Of a DNA stretch of 64,000 nt, positions 39,240-51,125 are shown in pieces. The notes below the pieces were generated by a model. It was not told where the DNA came from and did not search any database. It was given only the letters and a program-made list of their open reading frames with translations. Positions within the stretch are counted from its first letter, which is position 1, and each line of letters begins with the position of its first letter. The stretch lies in contig JAWMAR010000305.1 in assembly GCA_036785375.1 (NCBI GenBank), positions 682,001-746,000 on the forward strand, read 5' to 3'. A program made the position numbers and the translations under genes. The stretch comes from Leucoraja ocellata (taxonomy: Eukaryota).

Positions 39240-39905
39240 AACAAGGGACTGCAGATGCTGGTTTATACAAAAGAATGACACAAAACGCCGGAGTAACTCA
39301 ACAGATCAGGCAGCATCTGTGCAGAAAATGAATGGGTAAATTTTCAGGTCCCAACCTGAAATGTCACCCATCCTTTTTCTCCAGAGGTCAGGCAGCATCT
39401 CTGGAGAACATGGGTCGGTGATGATTTGGTCAGGACCATTCTTGAAACTGAAGACCTGAAACATCACCTATCCATAACTCTCCAGAGATACTGCCTGAAC
39501 CACTTAGTTACTTCAGCAGGTTACACAAAAAAGCTGGAGAAACTCAGCGGGTGCAGCAGCATCTATGGAGCCAGCTTGAAGAAGTTCTCCTCATTCTCCA
39601 GCATCTGCAGTTCCCTCTTAAACACTAGTTACTTCAGCACTTTGTGTCTTTGTCAGGGACATGGATAGAAAAGGTTTAGAGGGATATGGACCAAACATGT
39701 GCACTAGGGTCTATACTATCTTGCTCTGAGAATAGTAGGTAGACAAAATTGCTGGAGCAAATCAGCGGGTGAGCCAGCATCTATGAAATATATAATAATT
39801 ATAATAATATATAATAAAAAATGTAATTGATGCTGCCTCACCCACTGAGTTTCTCCAGCATTTTGGTCTAACTTCGATTTTACCAGCATCTGCAGTTCTT
39901 TCTTA
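39240..39905. mobile_element. Cluster of nested and palindromic Penelope pLTR fragments
   Basis: ggagtaactca...ggcagcatct motifs recur in both orientations. Confidence 0.75.
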
Positions 39906-41209
39906 AACATGCTCTGAGAATAGTGTCACCAAATATGATTGCTTAAGGAAAAATTTACTTCAGATAGAAAACTAGCATGGCACTGGATAGTCAATAGGAG
40001 ATGAAGCAGCCACACTAGGTGCAATGTGAGTACAGATGACCTGACAGAGGAGACACAGAATCCTCCCTTCGCCATGAGTTCCAAGAGGGATAAGGATAGA
40101 AATATCAATGATAAAATGGAATTAGAAGTAAGGATTTAGAAAGCAATGTAAACTATATACATAAATTAGACACGGAACTAAACTCAATGATGACACAGGA
40201 ACTGTAGATACTGGAATCTTGAGCAAAACACAAAGTGCTGGAGTGGCTCAGTGGGTCAGGCAGCATCTGTGAAGGGAATGAACTGATGGCGTTGAGACGG
40301 AGTTTAGTCGGGAGGAGAATGCTGGAAAAGTTGGGGATGAGACAAAGTCTGGTAAGTGATAGGTGGATACAGGTGAGAGGAGTGTGATTGGCAGATGGGT
40401 GGAGTAAGTGACAAAGGCTAGAGGAGAAAAGGAGACAAAAGGGTGTCAGATAAGGAGAGAAGAGGAGTGAAGTATAAAGCCAGTGGGAGGGAGATCAGTG
40501 GAGGACCAATTGCTATTGTCCTGGATACATAACACAAATGGGATATAAACAGATACCTTGCAGTAAATAAGCAGTAGAGATGAAAACAGAGAAAAGCCAG
40601 TTATCTCATATATAATCTGAGGCCTCTGGTGTCTAGAAAATATTTTTTTTTTTGTTTGCTTCACTGTGTTTATAGCTGCAAAATATTTCAGTCCTGTTCA
40701 CATAATATGCCTGTCAAGTTGATAAGTGAAGAATTTTCTCAAACAAAATTGCAAACAGTATTTTGTTTTAAGATCAAACCAATTCCCTCCTCACTTTAAA
40801 TAAAGTCAAGAAATAAATCAGGGTAACTGTTTTACTCATGTGTCCCAGTTGACAATTTTAAATGAATGGTGAGAAGATCAAACCAAAGTGAAAACCTCAA
40901 CGGAGAATAGTGTGACACTGGAGCATGAGGAGAGACAAATGTGTGAATTAGGTTTGTTTTGTGCTATACAGGCACTATAAATCTGGACTGGGAAACACAT
41001 GGATAGGCAGGGATACTTCTGTCATCAAGTTTGCTGTTAAAGCTACAATGCTGGAAGAATCGTCTACAATAAACACACAGATGGCAAGGGCCTTGTTGAC
41101 AAGTGAGCAGAGATTTTGAAAAGAAATACAAAAAGAGGCAGTAATAGATAATCCATTGGTACAACATTCAGAAGGGGTCAGTGGAACGTGAACGCAGCTC
41201 ATGTTCAGA

Positions 41210-41465
41210 AGGCACACTAGCAGAATTTGACCATTCGGCCCATTGAGTGTACTCTGCCATTCAATCATGACTGATCTATCTTTCCCTTCTCCTGCCTCCT
41301 CTCCATAATCGTTAGCGCTTTTACTAATCAAGAACTTGCCAATCTTCTCTTTAAAAATATCCACAGCCTCCTCAGCCGACTGTGGCAATGAATTCCACAG
41401 ATTCACCACCCTCTGACTAAAGAAATTCCTCCTTATTTTCTTTGTGAAGGCATGTCCTTTATTCT
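41210..41465 (-). mobile_element. CR1 3' fragment
   Basis: ORF start MVNLWNSLPQSA and a CR1 tail. Confidence 0.8.
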
Positions 41466-41525
41466 GGGAGGACTTGCTGCCTTAACATATTGGCATCCCA
41501 ATATGTTGCTGACTTAACATATTAA

Positions 41526-41591
41526 CATCCCAAGTAATTAGTCCCAGTCTCTTGCTGATCATCAAGAGACTGGGACTAATTACTTGGGATG
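41526..41591. repeat. 66-bp near-perfect palindrome with 29-bp perfect arms
   Basis: CATCCCAAGTAATTAGTCCCAGTCTCTTG-ctgatcat-CAAGAGACTGGGACTAATTACTTGGGATG. Confidence 0.97.
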
Positions 41592-41983
41592 GAAGTTGGC
41601 AAGGTCAGAGGTGTGTGCTTTAAATGAATACAAAGGATATAAGAGAAATAAAGGAGGAAACTATAGGCTCAACAGTTGAGTCCAAGGTGACAGCATAGGA
41701 AAAACAAAGTAAAGAAATTCTGAAGGACTAGACTGGAATAGGGAATGACAAATAGTTTTGTCCCAGAAAAGATAAATCAATTGGAGCTGATTAATAGGAG
41801 GGTTTCATTAGGTCAAAGAAATAAAAGGCAGGGATGATGGCCTGTGGTGGTTAAAAACTGTAAATCTAATAATCAGTTCAGGGTCTGACGCAGCCGTCAA
41901 AACATACGCTAGGACGGACACAAAGAAAAAACAAATTATTCAAGTCTGCTTATAAAGCAAAATTGGGATTTATATACCAAAAG

Positions 41984-42171
41984 NNNNNNNNNNNNNNNNN
42001 NNNNNNNNNNNNNNNNNNNNNNNNNNNNNNNNNNNNNNNNNNNNNNNNNNNNNNNNNNNNNNNNNNNNNNNNNNNNNNNNNNNNNNNNNNNNNNNNNNNN
42101 NNNNNNNNNNNNNNNNNNNNNNNNNNNNNNNNNNNNNNNNNNNNNNNNNNNNNNNNNNNNNNNNNNNNNNN
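41984..42171. other. Assembly gap (188 N)
   Basis: Run of n. Confidence 1.
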
Positions 42172-43170
42172 AGGAGGCCATTCGGCCCTTCGAGCCAGCA
42201 CCACCATTCATTGTGATCATGGCTGATCATCACAAATCAATAACCCATGCCTGCCTTCTCCCCATATCCCTTGATTCCACTAGCCCCGAGAGCTCTATCT
42301 AACTCTCTCTTAAATCCATCCAGTGACTTGGCCTCCACTGCCCTCTGTGGCACGGAATTCCACAAATTCACAACTCTCTGGGTAAAAAAAGTTTTCTCAA
42401 CTCAGTCTTAAATAGCTTCCCCATTATTTTAAGACTGTGGCCCCTGGTTCTGGACTCGCCCAACATTGGGAACATTTTTCCTTCATCTAGCTTGTCCAGA
42501 CTTTATATGTTTCTATAAGATCCCCCTCATCCTTCTAAACTCCTTTGAAAACAAGCCTAGTCTTATCAATTTTTCCTGATATGACAGTCCCACCATCCCA
42601 GGGATCAATCTCGTGAACCTACCCTGCACTGCCTCAATCACAAGGAGGCCCTTCTTCAAATTAGGAGACTAAAGCTGTACATAATACTCCAGATGTGGTC
42701 TCACCAGAGCCCTATACAACTGCAGAAGAACCTCTTTACTCCTATACTAAAATCCTCTTGTTATGAAGGCCAACATTCCATTAGCTTTCTTCATTGCCTG
42801 CTGTACCTGCACGCCAACTTTCAGTGACTGGTGTACAAGGACGCCCAGGTCTCGCTGCACCTCCCCCTTACCTAACCTTGCCCCATTGAGATAATAAACT
42901 GCCCCCTGGTTTTTGTCACCAAAGTGGATAACCTCACATTTATTTATATTATACTGCATCTGCCACGCACTGCCCACTCACTCAACCTGTCCAGGTCACC
43001 CTGCAACCTCTTAACATCCTCTTCACAGTTCACACTGCCACCCAGCTTTGTGTCATCCAAAATATTGCTAGTGTTGCTCCCAATGCCCTCTTCCAAATAA
43101 TTAATATATATGTTAATCAGATGCTGCCCCAACACTGAACCATTCTGAAAAGGACCCGTTCACTCCCCAT
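42172..43170 (-). mobile_element. CR1 LINE RT C-terminal region and 3' UTR, bounded by gaps
   Basis: ORFs 42944..43135 (DDTKLGG...LQGDLDRLSEWA) and 42747..42977. Confidence 0.93.
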
Positions 43171-43173
43171 CTT

Positions 43174-43302
43174 NNNNNNNNNNNNNNNNNNNNNNNNNNN
43201 NNNNNNNNNNNNNNNNNNNNNNNNNNNNNNNNNNNNNNNNNNNNNNNNNNNNNNNNNNNNNNNNNNNNNNNNNNNNNNNNNNNNNNNNNNNNNNNNNNNN
43301 NN
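43174..43302. other. Assembly gap (129 N)
   Basis: Run of n. Confidence 1.
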
Positions 43303-44184
43303 AACAGAATATTGAAGCAAGGAATTGCAGATCATTGTTTACAAAAAAAAATGCAGTAACTCAGTTTCCCCACCCCCCCATTACGAAAAAAGATGAAAGT
43401 AAAGATTAACATTACAAGATTTGAACTAATACGGGTTTAAGAAGCATGTTATATCCCAATACAAAGATGTACAACTATGAAAATGAAGACAAAATGAGAA
43501 TGCCCGATTGATCTGCATATAAAATTGAGCAACTGTAATAAGTGCAATGATTTATGTTTTTATATTACAAGCAGCACGAGCTTTAATTGCTTATTTTGTG
43601 GGATATTGCAATTTAAGAATTCTTGTAAATGTTGAACACATCTGCAACCACTTTGACTTTAAATTTGTGCATTCAACTTCATTTATTTCACTCATTTAAT
43701 CATATACACATCTTGAGGACATCACTAGATGCACATAAAGTTCTGATGTTTGAAAAAATATTTTACTGCTGTCGCAAAACCATGTAAAAAACCTGGCATT
43801 AAAAACCAGCAAATATCATTAAGTCCTGGCAAAAAATGATTGTGCATGTAAAAGATTAAAAATAAAAATGCAAACCATTTCAATTTGCAGAGGAAAGGAA
43901 GGAATTCTTTATTTTGCATCAGCAGCACAGAAATATTCCTCTGTGAAAATAATTCATTCCTGTGGGACAAGATGAGTCTGGACCCAATCTCCTCCTTGAC
44001 TCCTCTTCCAATCAATCCCTTCGTAGATGAATTCCCCAAACACTTGCCAGCTCCTGTCCCAACTCTTCCCCTCACCTCCCTCGATAAACAATCTCCTCCT
44101 ACTCCGTCTGAAGTAGGGCTTCGATCCAAAATGTTGTCTATCTATTTCCATCCACTGATGCTGCCTGACCCGCCGAGTTCCTTC

Positions 44185-45120
44185 AGCTGGATGACAAAGC
44201 TGGATGGCAGTGTGAGCTGCGAGGAGGATGCTATGAGGCTGTAGGGTGATTTGGATAGGTTGGGCGAGTGGGCAGAAGCATGGCAGATGTAGTATAATGT
44301 GAGGTTGTCCACTCTGGTGGCAAGAACAGGAAAGCAGGTTATTATCTGAATTGTGTCAGATGAGAAGGGGTGGTGCGATGAGACTTGGGTGTGCTTCTAC
44401 ATCAGTCACTGAATGTAAGCATGCAGGTACATCAGGCAGTGAAGAAAGCTAATGGCATGTTAGCCTTCATTGCGAGAGGTTTGAGCTTAGGAGCAAGGAG
44501 GTCCAAGTGCAGTTGTACAGGGCCAAGGTGAGACCGCACCTGGAGTATTGTGTGCAATTTGGGACCCCTAATTTGAGGAAGGACATTATTGCCATTGAGG
44601 GAGTGCAGCGCAGGTTCACCAGGTTAATTCCTGGGATGGCGGGACTGACATATGATGAAATAATGGTTCGACTGGGCTTCCTTGTATTCGCTGGAATTTA
44701 GAAGGATGTGAGGGGATCTTATAGAAACATATAACATTCTTAGAGGATTGGACAGGCTAGATGAAGGAAAAATATTCCCGATGTTGGGGGATTCCAGATG
44801 CAGGGGTCACAGTTTAAAAATAAGGGGTAAGCCATTTAGGACTGAGATGATGAAAATTGTTTTCACCCAGAGAGTTGTGACTCTGTGGAATTCTGTGGAA
44901 TTCTCTGAAGGCAGTAGAGGCCAATTCACTGGATGTTTTCAAGAGAGAGTTAGATTTAGCTCTTGTGGCTAAGGGAATCAAGGGATATGGGAAAAAAGCT
45001 GGAAAGGGGTACTGACTTTGGATGGTCAGCCATAATCATATTGAATGCCGGAGCTGGCTCGAAGCCTGCACATATGGCCTGCACGAATGGCCCAATCCTG
45101 CACATAATTATCTATGTTTC
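44185..45120 (+). mobile_element. CR1 LINE 3' portion, inserted in a Penelope pLTR piece
   Basis: ORF 44507..44701 (RPHLEYCVQF). The pLTR sequence stops at about 44180, and its end motif (ttccagcatctacagtt) appears at about 45137. Confidence 0.9.
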
Positions 45121-45459
45121 TATGTTATTTGCTAGTTTCCAGCATCTACAGTTTCTCTGTTTATCTTTAACATGATAGCAATGTCAGATGCATTCAATCA
45201 CACACTCACACTTGTTCAGTTATCTGCTCCTCACACACCAGCAGCCAATTAAACTACAAATCCGCACATCTTTAGGATGCGGGAGGAAACCGGAGTACCC
45301 GGAGGAAACCAATGCAGTCACAGGGAGAACATGCAAACACCACACAGACAGCACCCTAGATCTGGATCAACAGTGAGTCTGTTGCCTCACAGGACCGGGG
45401 AAACAGGCTCACTGTTAGCTTAGTGAGTCTTTTCATCAAATGAAAATTAGCTATCAACC

Positions 45460-45805
45460 TCATTGAAACTAGATAGAGTGAATGTGGAGTGGATGTTTCC
45501 ACTTGTGTGAGAGTCTAGGATCAGTGGCCGTAGCCTCAGAATAAAAGGACATACCGTTTGAAAAGAGGAGAATAGGAATTTCTTTAATCAGAGGGTGGTG
45601 AATCTGTGGAATTCATTGCCACAGATGGCTGTGAGGGCCAAGTCAATGGATATTTTTAAGGTGGAGATTGACAGCCTTTTGATAAGTAAGGGTGTCAGGG
45701 GTGTATGGGGAGAAGGCAGGAGAATGGGATTCAGATGGAAAGATAGATCAGCCACGATTGAATGGCAGAGTAGACTTGATGGGCCTAATTCTGCTCCTGG
45801 AACAT
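45460..45805 (+). mobile_element. CR1 3' fragment
   Basis: ORF 45595..45807 (MVNLWNSLPQMAV). Confidence 0.85.
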
Positions 45806-46171
45806 GAACTTATTCCAGAAATGAATGAAAAGCCAATAAAACGAAAAGTGGAAATTTTCATATTACAATAAAAGAAATATAGAAAATAGAAAATAGGTGC
45901 AGGAGTAGGCCATTCGGTCCTTCGAGGCAGCACCGCACGAGAAATATTCACAATAATTAGATAGCACTCCAAGGTTCACTTATCAATCCAGTTTCTTTTT
46001 TGAAAATGAAACTATTTACTAAATAAAAAATGGAATGTCATTATCAGGCATGTATAATAACATGAGTTGTCTGAATTATACAGAATTGAAATGATATAAT
46101 TGCAGTTAATCTTGTGGCAAATTCCAGCCTTTTTGTATCAATTGTAATGAAAGAAGAATTTTAACAGCAAA

Positions 46172-46990
46172 CTAGACCAGGTGAGGACCCGTTGGGCCCC
46201 ATTCCTCCAAGGCAATATTCCACCACTGACCCATAGCCCCCAACTGCACAGGCTCGGCTGAGGGGTTTCCATTGTGACGCCAGAGATGCCCGTTGTGACG
46301 CGAGTCACTGCAACCCTCCCCAACTGCGCCTCGCCATCCCTCTTCCTACCCCTATCCGCCCGCATCTCCACTCATTCCATCCCCTACTCTCCCTCCTTAA
46401 TTCCTCCTCATCCCCAGCACCCTCCTCTACTCTCCATCCTCACCTCCCCCACTGGCCTCCTCTCCCTCTATCGCTCACTCCCCCCCTCTTCTCCATCTAC
46501 CCCCCCTCCTCCCCCACTCTCCCCCCCAAACCCCCTCCTCTCCCTCTATCCCCCGGCTCCCCCACTCCTCACCTCCCCCCATTCCACCCCCTCACAATGA
46601 AAATGGTTTTGTTTTTTAAATGAAACCTCCTCCCTATCCCACCACCCCCTCCCATCCACAATAAAAATAGTGATTTAAAAAAAAATGAAATTCTCAAGAA
46701 AATTGCATTTTTTCTTTAAAATAATCTAAACACGATGTTAGCTATCAATCAAAACGGAAGAATTTGATTAAAACAGAGATTTTTTAAAAATGATTTTTAT
46801 GTAAATGAGATTTGGGGTCCCATTGTGACATCAAAGGCGGCTGACGGGCAGGGCAAGTGGAAAAGTGGTTTGTAAAGTGATGTTTGCAAAATTTAAAATG
46901 TCAATAATAACTCGTAAAATAATAACATCAATCCGAACAAAACTTGTTTCATTTACATCCTAGGACAATGGTAAGGTAGGCCAAATTATT
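46172..46990 (-). mobile_element. Helitron-like non-autonomous element (3' terminus clear, 5' end uncertain)
   Basis: The minus-strand end GGGCCC-AAC-GGGTCC-tcacctggt-CTAG|T matches 61445-61473. It also shares actgac(c/g)catagcccccaact with that element. Confidence 0.6.
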
Positions 46991-47099
46991 TCCACGCTAT
47001 TTTCAAAATCATGAAAGTATTCTTATTTAAGCTTCACCATATTTCTGCTTGTCTTTATCTTAATGTCTTATCCATTTCCAATTACTCTGTTTATATTTG

Positions 47100-47385
47100 G
47101 CGGCACACTGGCGCAGTGGTAGAGTTGCTGCCTTACAGCGCCAGAGACCCAGGTTTGATCCTGACTACGGAGATTGGGAGTTTGTACCTTCTTCCTGTGA
47201 CCTCTTGGGTTTTCTAAGGGCGCTCCGGTTTCCTGCCATATTCCAAAGACATACAGGATTGTAGGTTAATTGGTTTCAGTAATATTGTAAATTGACCAGA
47301 GTGTGTCAGATGGTGCTATTGGATGAAGTGATCGCTGCTCGGTGGGACGAAAGGCCTGTTTCCACGCTGTAGCTCTAAAGTCTAT
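47100..47385 (+). mobile_element. tRNA-derived V-SINE (HE1-like)
   Basis: A-box TGGCGCAGTGG, B-box GGTTTGATCC, and tail. Confidence 0.85.
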
Positions 47386-47744
47386 AGTTAGAAATTTGGT
47401 TAAAAGTCTGGGTACTTGGTGTTTGCTAAGTACGGGAACCTTTCAATGTAATTACCTATTAATACTGCACTAAGACATAGCTTTTGCTGCTTGATGGTAA
47501 CACATGTGGGAAGCTCCATGCCAACAGAAACTACTTAATCTTTGTAGACATTATTTTGTGAGGTTGCTTTGTGGTTCATGGAGAAATCCGGTCCTTGCTC
47601 CAGGTTTGATAGAACTGTGCTAGAACAATTCTTCAGCCCAATGAAATTCTTCTCTGATATATAGTCAAAAGCACTGCCTACAAAAATGCATGCAAAATAT
47701 GGCCCACAACCACGTCCTGGACATGAAAGAAACCACTTGCATTG

Positions 47745-48030
47745 AAACAAACACAAATATCAGTGTAAAGACACAAAGTGCTGGAGTAACTCAGTGGGTC
47801 AGGCAGCCTCCTGAGAGAACATGGATATGTGATGTTTTGGGTTGGGACCTTTCTTGAGACTTGAGTTTGAAGAAGAGTCTGGACATGAAAAGTCATCTAT
47901 GAGTCTGAAGAAGGGTCCCGACCGAAACAGCACCTATCCATGTTCTCAGGGATGCTGCCTGACCCGCTGAGTTACTCCAGCGCAGTCATCTTTTTTGTAA
48001 ACCAGCATCTGCAGTTCCTTGTTTCTACAA
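47745..48030. mobile_element. Penelope pLTR palindrome with one inverted and two tandem degenerate hammerhead motifs
   Basis: Inverted arms of about 100 bp. TTGAAGAAGAGTCTGGACATGAAAAGTC starts at 47867 and CTGAAGAAGGGTCCCGACCGAAACAGC at 47905. Confidence 0.85.
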
Positions 48031-50689
48031 GTATCAGTGTGTTTTCTTCTGGATTCTTCAGGTAAAGTGGATTTCAGATCCAAAAAACAAAACAAAGCTT
48101 TGCTCTATGTGTGCATCATGGCAGCAGCACTTTCAACCATCATGAATCCACCCTCCAGATTTTTCAACACCCCTACTTTATTACTGCTAACGAGTCCATT
48201 TTCAAAAACCTAATGAACCAATCTTTTTTCTCATGCATTTGATCAGCAATCTTAATCCTTCTATTACTACTTGCAGTCTGTTTATCTGCTGTGGAGCAGC
48301 ATGGAACATTGACTGTGATAAGGTACCCATATAAATGCAGTTGATGCTGTCCACATTAATGTCTGTAACATTAGGTCCTGCTCAATATGTAACTGAAATG
48401 CACAGCTGGGAAAGCAAATTTATTGTAGTTTTAGTGAATCTATCTCAGAAGGATCCAGCAGAACACAGAAGTTTGAAGATTCTGCATCTACCTACTGATT
48501 TCCTGGATTTTTCATTTAAAGCTATGTCTTAAGTAATATCCAGCTATCTCACTTGACACACCAAGATGCAGCTTTCACTTGCTATTACAGAACTGTTAAA
48601 GTTTACTGAAAAAGAAACCCGTTACCCATTACCAATTATTATGATTCCAAAATATTAAGCTAGTCATGACAAAAGCGCTAGATACTGCTACAATTTGTAA
48701 TGGTGTCTTAGGCAATACAATACAATAAAAATGCATGAAGTAGTGGAACATGGCTAAAAGTCAGCTGAAACAAGCTCTTGAAAAAATGTTTTCAGCGATG
48801 AATTCTAAAAGGGGGCACGAAACAACATGCCATGATCGAAGGTCGGTTGAACTGAAGTGTAGCAACTAAATCGATGGAAAGGCACAAAATGAAATCAGGA
48901 ATACACGTCACAAAATAAGCATGTGGGCAGGCAGGAAAATAAGCTCACATTGAAAGTATCTTATGTCTCTGTTTGAAAGGGTTATATAAAGTGCTTTAAG
49001 CATTTGGGGATAAAATTTATTGGCTACGTTTGTAAAAGAATCGAGGTATGGAATAAAGGAGACAGGAATATTGGAATCTTGAGTAAAACACTAAATGCTG
49101 GAACAATTCAGTTGGTCAGGCAGCATCTGTGGAAGGAGTGACTATGTGATATCAGGGGTCTTGACCCTTCTTCAGATTGATTATAGTAGGGGAAAAGTAG
49201 AGGGTATGGATTATATCTGGAAAGGTACACATTAACATCAAGGGATTGACTCTCCTTGTTACCACTTCAAAGAATTCAGTGAGGGAAGCGTATCCGTTTT
49301 GGTTTACATGAATTTTAGCGAGGGTTTTGAACAGTTATGAAGATCTTGCAAGGACTGGAAAAAGTAACTATTAAAAAAAGCTTAGAATAATTCGGAACAT
49401 TTTTATTGGAACAGAGAAGGCCATGGGAAAATGTAATTAAACAAGTTTTGCAAGACTAAATAGAAAGGATTGATTTCCCTTACCAGGTGGAAAGGATCAA
49501 AACCAAAGGGCAGAGATATAAAGTAATAGGCGGAAGGATCAGATTGAAGTTGAAGAAAACTGATTTCATATTGAAGATCGAAACACAGTGTTTGAGTAAC
49601 TCTGCGGGTCAGGCAGTATCGATGAAGGGAATAGCTGGATGGCGATTCGGGTCAGAACCTTTCCTCAGATTTAACAAACGTCATCTGTCCATTTCCTCCA
49701 CAGATGCTGCCTGTCCTTCCAGCACTGTGTCTTGCTCAAGATTCCAGTACAAGCAGTTCCTTGTGTCTCCATATTGAGATGATTGGCATTAGCATCCCAC
49801 TCCCCTGTAAGGTTAATGGAGACAGAAATTCTTCCCTAAAATAAAAAAATTGAAGACCATCAAGGAAAATCTGAAATTAGTTATTCCATTTGTTCATTTT
49901 CTGGCAACCGTTAGCTTCAGACTAACTGCATTAACAATTCATATTTGACTAGATAATAGAACAACCAAGTTCTCTCGACTAATACTGCTACGCTTTCCAA
50001 CCTCATCAATATGTTTTACTTTTTATTATAAAGTGGCTCTTGATAACTACCTTGATTATATCCAGTACACATTAAAGCAAAATATGATGAACTTAACAGT
50101 GATCAATTTAGACCATCAGGATAATGCCACAAACCTTTGATATGTGCAGCACTGCAAGGTGTGCCATGCACTACTATAAATTAAATGCACAGATGTCAAA
50201 GATAACGTTTGCAATTGGGTTGCACAACTAAGAATCATAACGTGATATGTGATAAATATATAACATTTAAGATTGCAACAAAATGAGAAATGTAACAATT
50301 TAACTTTCATGCACAAACTATCCACCCCGTGCCTGATGGAATAAAGACTACACCTATCTGATATTTATTATTCACAAGCAATTTAATCTTGATTACTGTC
50401 AATGAACATTTGGGATCTGAAGGTTTATTTTAAAACTAAAATGTCAAGAACAGTTATTTCACATCAAGAGCTCATTACTTTCCACAGCCGCTATACACTT
50501 GAATCGCCCAAATGCAGGTGCAAAAGATTGTGTGTCAGGATGTGTGCCGCAACTCAAGTGAAGAAACTAAGGACTCCAGCCAGCTGCTTAATCCATTCCT
50601 CCTCCCTGCGTCACATGGCTTCCAGCGCTAAATAGGTTCATGGCCAAAAATAGACCATTTGAGGATGGCATCTAGATATGAATGGCCCA

Positions 50690-51125
50690 TCAAAAGATTT
50701 AGGTTTATTATTGTCGAATGCACCGTGTGTGCTATCCAATTAAATCAAACAATACTCTATGTGAATACATTCAAACCAATGTCAAGTTCAATAGATATAG
50801 TGAAGGGAAAGATACAGAGTGCAGAATATAGTTCTCAATATTGTAGTGTAACAAGATAGACACAAAATGCCAGAGTAACTCAGCGGGTCAGGTAGTTCCT
50901 CTGGAGAAAAAGGATGGGTGACGCTTTGGGTCAGGATCCTTTTTCATAACAGTTCCAGACATAAGGTCCAATGTCCGCAATGGGGTAGAGGCGAGTCAGA
51001 CAGTACCCTATCTTATGGAAGAATAGTTCAGAAACCTGAAAAAAGAGGGAAGAAGCTGTTCAGAGTCTGGTGGTGCGTGCCTTCAAGCTTCTGCATTTTC
51101 TGCCAGAAGGGAGCGGGAAGAGGAG
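50690..51125 (-). mobile_element. Rex1/Babar LINE 3' fragment interrupted by a Penelope pLTR piece (about 50850-50945)
   Basis: The minus strand encodes an LLPSGRKCRSLKARTTRL-like C-terminus and ends in GACAATAATAAA. Confidence 0.75.

Noticed and set aside
41936-42233. ORFs spanning N runs (also 43117..43335 and 59139..59555)
   Set aside because: These are artefacts of assembly gaps.
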